NCBI GenBank assembly: GCA_045633945.1
Contig: JAZQZH010000003.1
Span: forward strand, 250 to 64,249
DNA length: 64,000 nucleotides
From: Alphaproteobacteria bacterium
GTDB lineage: Bacteria; Pseudomonadota; Alphaproteobacteria; RF32; CAG-239
Direction of reading: 5' to 3'
The position numbers and the translations under genes were made by a program. This document shows positions 46,982-53,128 of the stretch, in pieces; positions within the stretch are counted from its first letter, which is position 1; every line of letters starts with the position of its first letter. The notes below the pieces were generated by a model. It was not told the origin of the DNA. It did not search any database and was given only the letters and a program-made list of their open reading frames with translations.

Positions 46982-47184
46982 TTTGGTTTTTAGTTATAGT
47001 TGTGGTTATAGCGATATATAATGCAGAGCGTTTGCCTGAAGTGGCAAATAAGTTAAAAAAAGAAGTTCCTCATATTGTTGATGCTGGAAAAAAAGTTTCA
47101 CATGAGTTAAAAGAAAAAGCTCAAAGCGTACAAGCTAAAGCTACAAGTAAAAAAAATACATCAAAAGAAGAAAATAAAGAATAA
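46978..47184 (+). CDS. Small membrane protein, possibly a TatA/TatB-family translocase subunit
   Basis: An N-terminal TM followed by YNAERLPEVANKLKKEV, resembling the F-G-x(2)-K-LP hinge and amphipathic helix of Tat proteins. The hinge Gly is replaced. Confidence 0.4.
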   Translation: MIWFLVIVVVIAIYNAERLPEVANKLKKEVPHIVDAGKKVSHELKEKAQSVQAKATSKKNTSKEENKE

Positions 47185-47191
47185 AAGCACG

Positions 47192-47221
47192 AAAAAAAGC
47201 ACCGTAAAAGGTGCTTTCTTT
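47192..47221. terminator. Bidirectional rho-independent terminator marking the downstream end of the minus-strand accessory block
   Basis: An A-run, then AGCACC, a GTAAAA loop and GGTGCT, then a T-rich tract. On the minus strand it is followed by UUUUUUU. Confidence 0.75.
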
Positions 47222-47939
47222 ATTTTAAAGCCGGAATATTTAATTGTGCGAAATGCCCTGGTTTTATTTTTACAGTTGCATAACGAAGATTGTCTGTTTC
47301 TATCATATATTCTTCACGTCCTGTAAGTTGAGCCGCTAGTTTATAAAAATCACGACCATTAAGCTCTTGTTTATACCAATTCATAAGATAAAAAACACAA
47401 GCTTGACTTTTATCTGTCAACCCACATCTAGGTCTTCCTGATGGTACATCTTCGTTTGCAACAACACCCTCTAAACCATGTTTTTCTACTTTACTAGATG
47501 AAAATACTGATTTTCCTATAAATAAACCAATAAGCAAACAAACGGCAGATACAGCAATAAATAGATTCTTTTTTACATAATCAGAATTTATAAAAGCAAT
47601 ATTATCAATAGGAGATAAATCATAATCAGGAGGCAGAGCTCCAACCTCATATGGAGGTCTTAAGTTTGCATCTGGAGTATCAACATCTTTAAGAGAAACT
47701 ATATAATTAGTTTTATTTTCTGATTTATCTTCATCAGCTTCTAATGATTGTTTTATAGATGTGGGTATCTCTTTTTGAGGAGCTTGAGGAATGTCAGAAA
47801 CCACTCTAACTTTAGGTCTTTTTATTTTTCTTAATTTAGGACGCGCCATATTTTGTTCATTAGATGTAGCAGCTGTATTTTTATCCTGAGAATTCTGTAA
47901 ATTCTCTTCAACAAAACTATCTAAAGAATTATTATCCAT
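47220..47939 (-). CDS. Bitopic membrane protein of unknown function (last gene of the secretin-like operon)
   Basis: A ~120-aa polar/Pro-rich N-terminus, a single TM LFIAVSAVCLLIGLFIGKSVF, and a ~90-aa C-terminal domain with two Cys. Confidence 0.5.
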   Translation of the reverse strand: MDNNSLDSFVEENLQNSQDKNTAATSNEQNMARPKLRKIKRPKVRVVSDIPQAPQKEIPTSIKQSLEADEDKSENKTNYIVSLKDVDTPDANLRPPYEVGALPPDYDLSPIDNIAFINSDYVKKNLFIAVSAVCLLIGLFIGKSVFSSSKVEKHGLEGVVANEDVPSGRPRCGLTDKSQACVFYLMNWYKQELNGRDFYKLAAQLTGREEYMIETDNLRYATVKIKPGHFAQLNIPALK

Positions 47940-47948
47940 AATATCTCC

Positions 47949-49238
47949 TTAAATTTTATTTTTTATTTTTTCATCTGTTTTCAACATTCTAACTAAACGA
48001 GGAACAATAAACACAATAGTTTCGGTTCCTTGCTGTGCCTCTCCAAAAATTTCACTAGGAAGCCCAATAATTAAAAAGTTCTCTCCTAATTGATTTCTAA
48101 CTTTAAATTTTGTTATTTCTCCATCAGTTGTATCTAAAGTTATTTCAGAGAATATTTTACGACTTTTTTCAATATTAGCCTTAGCCAAAATAGATAAAGG
48201 ATACTCCATGTCATTTATCTTTCCGCATCGACCAACATCAAAGCGTGAGAACCATTCAGTTGGAACAATAAAACGTCCTTCAGAAATTTCCTCGATAGTA
48301 GCATATTTGCTAACAAATTCTTTTAATTTTGCAATTGATATATCATTAGTAACAGTAAGCATTCTACCAATTACACCAGTTTGTGTAGTTGCGATACTAC
48401 CAAAGTCAAAATCTTTTAATAAATCATTCCAAACAATACCACAGGTTTCTTTTCCCTTAGCTCTAAAAATATTAACATCATACATAACCATAGTAGGATT
48501 ATTTTCAAAGTCTCTTACCAAACTTTTTATTTTATCAAATGTTTCTAGATTAGTCTCAAATGAAACAGAGTAATCTCGCCAGTTTGTAACCATATCTGTA
48601 ATACCTGCGCCTCGTAATACATCTAAAAATCCTAACATTAGAGTTCTAGAGCTTGGAATATACAAAGTAAAGCTAGCTCTTCTGCTTAAAATTAAAGAGT
48701 TCATCTTCTTATCATAGCGATAAAATAAATCTGATGATTTTGTTATTTTTTCAACAATATCTTTAAAGCTTCCTGATAAGTTTTTACCATATAACTTAGG
48801 GTATGGAGCATCTTTAGCAACTAATATAATGCCAGCTTCTTCTGTTAATTTTAATAACGCTTGTTCCGTAGGTATATTATCAAAAGTGAAATTTCTTACT
48901 TCAAACTCAGGTAGTGCATCATTAATATCATTTCTTTCAAATCTAAAAGAAACATTGTTATGAGGAAGAATTTGCACCATTTCTTGTGTTTTCCAATTTA
49001 CATTGCAACGAAGAGGGGTTTCCAAATCTAAATCATTTGCCCTAAATGTTGTTCTTAGCATATATGGATCTTGAGGAGGTAAAACAACAAAGTTATCAGC
49101 CTTAAAATTCATCTCAGCATTGTTAGTCAAAACAGTCTCATCGTAGTTGTTATATGCACTACATGCTACAACTGTAATTAGTGAAAATAATAAAAACAGA
49201 TGATTACGTTTTTTAAAAAATCTAGACATCTTCATCAC
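47949..49238 (-). CDS. Outer-membrane lipoprotein with secretin-like organisation (N0-like, N1-like and a short secretin core)
   Basis: Lipobox LITVVAC. The N0-like segment is FTFDNIPTEQALLKLTEEAGIILVAKD...LFYRYDKKMNSLILS. The secretin-core-like segment is MVMYDVNIFRAKGKETCGIVWNDL...FIVPTEWFSRFDVG...NFLIIGLPSEI...TETIVFIVPRLVR. Confidence 0.5.
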   Translation of the reverse strand: MMKMSRFFKKRNHLFLLFSLITVVACSAYNNYDETVLTNNAEMNFKADNFVVLPPQDPYMLRTTFRANDLDLETPLRCNVNWKTQEMVQILPHNNVSFRFERNDINDALPEFEVRNFTFDNIPTEQALLKLTEEAGIILVAKDAPYPKLYGKNLSGSFKDIVEKITKSSDLFYRYDKKMNSLILSRRASFTLYIPSSRTLMLGFLDVLRGAGITDMVTNWRDYSVSFETNLETFDKIKSLVRDFENNPTMVMYDVNIFRAKGKETCGIVWNDLLKDFDFGSIATTQTGVIGRMLTVTNDISIAKLKEFVSKYATIEEISEGRFIVPTEWFSRFDVGRCGKINDMEYPLSILAKANIEKSRKIFSEITLDTTDGEITKFKVRNQLGENFLIIGLPSEIFGEAQQGTETIVFIVPRLVRMLKTDEKIKNKI

Positions 49239-49239
49239 A

Positions 49240-49764
49240 TTATTCTTCCGTTTCTGTAAGTTTATTTTGTTCGCTCATAAGTTTTGCAACCACATCATCA
49301 ATACTTTGTCCAGCACCATTTGTTGGAGCATTAGACTGATTAATAAATCCGCTAAATGCGTCTTTCACCACACTCAAATCAGCATCTTTTTTAGCGCTCA
49401 TATCTACTGTAGAGTTTTTCTCTAATTCTTCTTTATATAATCTTAAATTCTCTTTTAGAGCAACAACTCCTCCTTTAATTTTCTTTTCAATATATGGATG
49501 TAAATCTTTATTAGAAATAATATAATTCCCAGTTTCGCATAACTCATCTAAAACATCAATAATATATGGATAAAAAGGATAGTCCTCAACTGCCATATTT
49601 CCTTTTCTTATACAACGAGCAGCAATTCTAGATACCGTACGATCATAATAGTCTCTAATTAGTACATAATTATCAATGTACCAAAGAGCTTCTTTGGTTA
49701 CTTTGATTACATTATTTTCCTCATTTACATTATTTTCTTCTGACATCTCATAACTCCCTTGCAA
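49240..49764 (-). CDS. Hypothetical cytoplasmic protein (174 aa)
   Basis: No signal peptide or TM. It is tightly packed in the operon, with a 1-nt gap to the next gene. Confidence 0.5.
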   Translation of the reverse strand: MQGSYEMSEENNVNEENNVIKVTKEALWYIDNYVLIRDYYDRTVSRIAARCIRKGNMAVEDYPFYPYIIDVLDELCETGNYIISNKDLHPYIEKKIKGGVVALKENLRLYKEELEKNSTVDMSAKKDADLSVVKDAFSGFINQSNAPTNGAGQSIDDVVAKLMSEQNKLTETEE

Positions 49765-49803
49765 TATAGACTAAAACAAACAACATTTTTTGTAAATATT
49801 TTA

Positions 49804-51819
49804 TTATTTTTTATTATCGTTATTGTTTTCTTCTAATTCTTCTTCAACATACTCCCATTCCCAATCTTGGTCTTCATTATCTTCTATCGGATTCCCATTT
49901 TCATCAACATATTCATACTCCCATTCTTCGTCTATTGCTTCTTGAACACTCGATTCTGTATTGAGTATATCTCCGCCTGCTTCATCTGTATCGTCTACAA
50001 CATACTCATATTCCCATTCATCACTATCTTCTTCTTCAGGAATATTCTCATCATCATTGTAATCATCCAAAGAAATAGGCTCATCAATAGATGATATGTC
50101 GATATTATCAGATGTTAGCGCTGCCCTAATTTTATCTAACTCTGCACTGTATAGACTTTGAGGTCTGCTTTGAGACGCTTTGTCAACATCATCATCTTCT
50201 TCTGATGGCTCAGAAAAAAGATTGTCTATAGTTTCATAGTTATCTTCTAAAACCTCACTCTCTTGAGAGTTCTCTAAATTAAATTCTTCTAAGGGTAATT
50301 TATCAAATTCAGCCTCAAAAGTTGGTGCCTCAAAAGTATCTAATTCGTCGCTTTCTGCACTAAAATTATCTAAAGATAATTCGCTAGATTCTGTCTCAAA
50401 AGTTGGTGCCTCAAAAGTATCTAATTCGTTACTTTCTGCACTAAAATCATCTAAAGATAATTCGCTAGATTCTTCCTCAGATGTGGATCGCTCAAAAGTA
50501 TTATCTTGTTCAGGCAAAACAAAGTCTAATCCATCATCAAAATCATCTTCGAAATCATTATCGAAGCTATCTACAAGAATATCGTTATTGGGTTTAATTT
50601 CGTCTTGAAAATCAACACGTTGTTCAAGTTTTTCTTGTAACTCTAGTGGTGGTTCATTTAAGTCGACATTATCAAATGTATCATTGTGTTTAAATGCTTC
50701 ATTTCTAATAATACCATTGATTCCTAACGCACTAGTTGATGAACTAAAGGTATTTAACTTCTGTTCAGTATTATTAATAGAGTTATTTTTATTTTTTTTC
50801 TTCTTCTTCTTTTTATGAGTAGAAAATTTATCGGATGTTTCACTATATACATTTACTGCTTGATTACTGTTTTCATCATCTTCTATATCATTTTTATCAT
50901 AATTTACTCGACTATAGTCCTGCTCAACCACAACATTAATTGGTTTGGTTTGTAGCGACATCAAAGTGTTAGTATAATCAGTAAACATTTCTTGAATTTT
51001 GCTCAAAGACTGCTCAAACTCAGTCCTCATTTCATTTTTAAATGCTTTTAATTTACTTTCAATATTCAAGTAATCAGATATTTCATTGTTCTTTTGAATG
51101 TTAGCAGAATATAGTCCTTCTAAAAGTTTGGTTATTGAAGTTTGAGAGGCGATAATTCTATTATTTAAATCCGCCGTGCCAATATTATCTTTTGTTCTTG
51201 ATGATAAAATACCTTCTAAAATTCTAGAAATAGAAACTTGTGATGCAATCACTGAATCTGTAATACTTTTTGTTTCGCGCAAAACATCCAATAACGATGC
51301 TCTAGATGTTCTAATCTCTTCTGCTATAACGTCAAAAGTATTACCAAAATCAAGAGTTGTGCTACCAGTTACACCCGCAGAAACAGTCGCTTGCATAGGG
51401 TTTTGCTTGAATGCAGAAGCCATGGAATTTGCAAGAGCTTCCGCAAAAGAGGCGTCAACAGTTATACTGCCCCCAACAATAGGAGTAATGGCTCCTCCAG
51501 TTGCTTGCGCTGGTTGAGAAGATTCTCCCATTCCACTTCCTTCTGCAAAGTCATCTTTATTTGATTTTACAAAAGATATACCGCGTTCTGTTTTAACTTC
51601 TTCAATATGTTCAACTAATAGTCTGCCACCAGGCATTCGTTTAAAGAAGTTTGTAATAACAGGAGGTAAAGCCAATAACTCGTCATCAAATTGATCACGT
51701 TTTGCTTTATTAAAAATGTGTACTTGTCTAAAAATATTCAAATAGCGTTGAGCCACCAAAATAGGGGCTTCTTCAGTACTTTTATTACTACCGAACTCTG
51801 CATCATTTAAATTTTCCAC
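49804..51819 (-). CDS. 671-aa highly acidic repeat protein (first gene of the secretin-like operon)
   Basis: GTG start. The N-terminal ~330 aa hold the internal repeat IASQ[VT]SI[ST][RK][IL]LEG[IL]. A K-run follows, then an acidic C-terminal half with 27-aa tandem repeats and three [DE]W-E-[YW]-E-Y-V motifs. Confidence 0.6.
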   Translation of the reverse strand: MENLNDAEFGSNKSTEEAPILVAQRYLNIFRQVHIFNKAKRDQFDDELLALPPVITNFFKRMPGGRLLVEHIEEVKTERGISFVKSNKDDFAEGSGMGESSQPAQATGGAITPIVGGSITVDASFAEALANSMASAFKQNPMQATVSAGVTGSTTLDFGNTFDVIAEEIRTSRASLLDVLRETKSITDSVIASQVSISRILEGILSSRTKDNIGTADLNNRIIASQTSITKLLEGLYSANIQKNNEISDYLNIESKLKAFKNEMRTEFEQSLSKIQEMFTDYTNTLMSLQTKPINVVVEQDYSRVNYDKNDIEDDENSNQAVNVYSETSDKFSTHKKKKKKKNKNNSINNTEQKLNTFSSSTSALGINGIIRNEAFKHNDTFDNVDLNEPPLELQEKLEQRVDFQDEIKPNNDILVDSFDNDFEDDFDDGLDFVLPEQDNTFERSTSEEESSELSLDDFSAESNELDTFEAPTFETESSELSLDNFSAESDELDTFEAPTFEAEFDKLPLEEFNLENSQESEVLEDNYETIDNLFSEPSEEDDDVDKASQSRPQSLYSAELDKIRAALTSDNIDISSIDEPISLDDYNDDENIPEEEDSDEWEYEYVVDDTDEAGGDILNTESSVQEAIDEEWEYEYVDENGNPIEDNEDQDWEWEYVEEELEENNNDNKK
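50314..50473 (-). repeat. Two tandem copies of an 81-bp (27-aa) unit, about 96% identical
   Basis: Nt 50314-50392 versus 50395-50473 differ at 3 positions. They encode SSELSLD[DN]FSAES[ND]ELDTFEAPTFE[TA]E. Confidence 0.85.
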
Positions 51820-51879
51820 GAGCTTTACCTTTTACATAAAATTACAATAAACAACTTAACAATAATAACCTAATAAATG

Positions 51880-52851
51880 TTATAATGCTATATCAACAAC
51901 CTTGTGAATTCTATTAAAGTCATCGTTATCAAAGTGGATTCTTTCATCAGGATTCCACATTAAACCGTACAATTTACCTTGCTCATCTTCTCTAACGCTA
52001 ACAACATAAGCTTCTTGCTCATTTCTGTAATAAAGAGCAATATCACCAACACTGGCAACCTCGGTTGGGTCAACAAACATGACAGCTCTATTAGATAAAA
52101 TAGAACCAAGTCTTCTTGTGCAAAGGTTAACACCATAAACATCTCTTTTTTCAAAAAGATTTGCAGGTTTTACAGCCTCTTTAGAATATGCCGATTTATC
52201 AATAATGATAGCGCCATCTGTTCCAGATAATCCAAATACTGGAACTTTCAAAGCTTCCATATCAACATAACTACTTTGTTCTGTAATCATTCTTGTCATG
52301 TTGTTAACTTTGTACTTAGTGTCATTATGTGTAATAATTTCTTCTAAAGCACCAGCTTCATCTAATCTTTTTATTTCAGATTTTAAAACATCAAGCTCCA
52401 TATTTAATGCGCGAGCAATGTTATTATATTCTTTATCAGATACCTCACGTTGTCCCATTTCTATACGATGATACACCGATAAAGTCATATCTGCACGCTC
52501 AGCAACTTCAATCAATGTTAAAGATTTATCATTTCTGATATATCTAAGAGCAGCTCCCAATACTTTTAGACCACTACTTTTGTTTATTTCTTGTCTACGT
52601 TCTTGTTCTTTTTTCCAAGCAAGAACAACTTCTTGTTGAGAATTCTGTTCGTTAACATATAAATCTTGTAAAGAACAATCCAAAATTTCTGCAACAGAAA
52701 TAAGTTGTTCTTGATTAAGGCGTCTATAACCTTTTTCTATCTTAGAAATTGCAGAAAGACTAATACTAAGTTTATCTGCTAAATCTTGCATTGAAACACC
52801 ACGCATTTTGCGGTTAATTCTAATTTGATTAGGAAATACAATTTCTTCCAT
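51880..52851 (-). CDS. Transcriptional regulator with two XRE-type HTH domains and a C-terminal LexA/CI (S24)-like domain
   Basis: HTH 1 is RKMRGVSMQDLADKLSISLSAISKIEKG and HTH 2 is IRNDKSLTLIEVAERADMTLSVYHRIEMG. The C-terminus VPVFGLSGTDGA...VGDIALYY...LMWNPDE is colinear with the LexA C-terminal domain. Confidence 0.7.
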   Translation of the reverse strand: MEEIVFPNQIRINRKMRGVSMQDLADKLSISLSAISKIEKGYRRLNQEQLISVAEILDCSLQDLYVNEQNSQQEVVLAWKKEQERRQEINKSSGLKVLGAALRYIRNDKSLTLIEVAERADMTLSVYHRIEMGQREVSDKEYNNIARALNMELDVLKSEIKRLDEAGALEEIITHNDTKYKVNNMTRMITEQSSYVDMEALKVPVFGLSGTDGAIIIDKSAYSKEAVKPANLFEKRDVYGVNLCTRRLGSILSNRAVMFVDPTEVASVGDIALYYRNEQEAYVVSVREDEQGKLYGLMWNPDERIHFDNDDFNRIHKVVDIAL

Positions 52852-53007
52852 AATATATCACCTCTATTTAAAAACAAACTTTATAATATAATAAGGTCGC
52901 TATACAAAAAGGCAAGTCAAAAAGATAAAAATTTTTTTAAATCTGTATAACTTTTGTCAATGTGATATTTTTTTTAAATTGTTATTTATAAACGCAATTA
53001 TTGTATT

Positions 53008-53038
53008 AAAAAAAAGGCTTAAATTTAAGCCTTTTTTG
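53008..53038. terminator. Bidirectional terminator downstream of the VirB6-like array
   Basis: AAAAAAAA, GGCTTAAATTTAAGCC, TTTTTT. Confidence 0.75.
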
Positions 53039-53128
53039 TTTTATGATAAGTTAATTCCAACTTATACAGATAATTATTCATTTAGTATCAGATTTGTTAT
53101 TTGAGTTTCAGCTTTTAGGTCATTTCCT

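Noticed and set aside
47220-52851. Filamentous (inovirus-type) prophage: CI-like repressor plus a pIV-like secretin
   Set aside because: There is no Zot/pI-type ATPase, no replication initiator, no small major-coat-type ORFs and no attachment repeats. The gene sizes and order do not fit an inovirus.
52852-53007. Promoter for the dual-HTH regulator (TTGACA at ~52953-52958 on the minus strand; TTGTAT...TATAAA nearer the gene)
   Set aside because: The spacing to any acceptable -10 element is off (15 nt, with an A-run as the -10), and several equally weak alternatives exist. The evidence is not strong enough to annotate.
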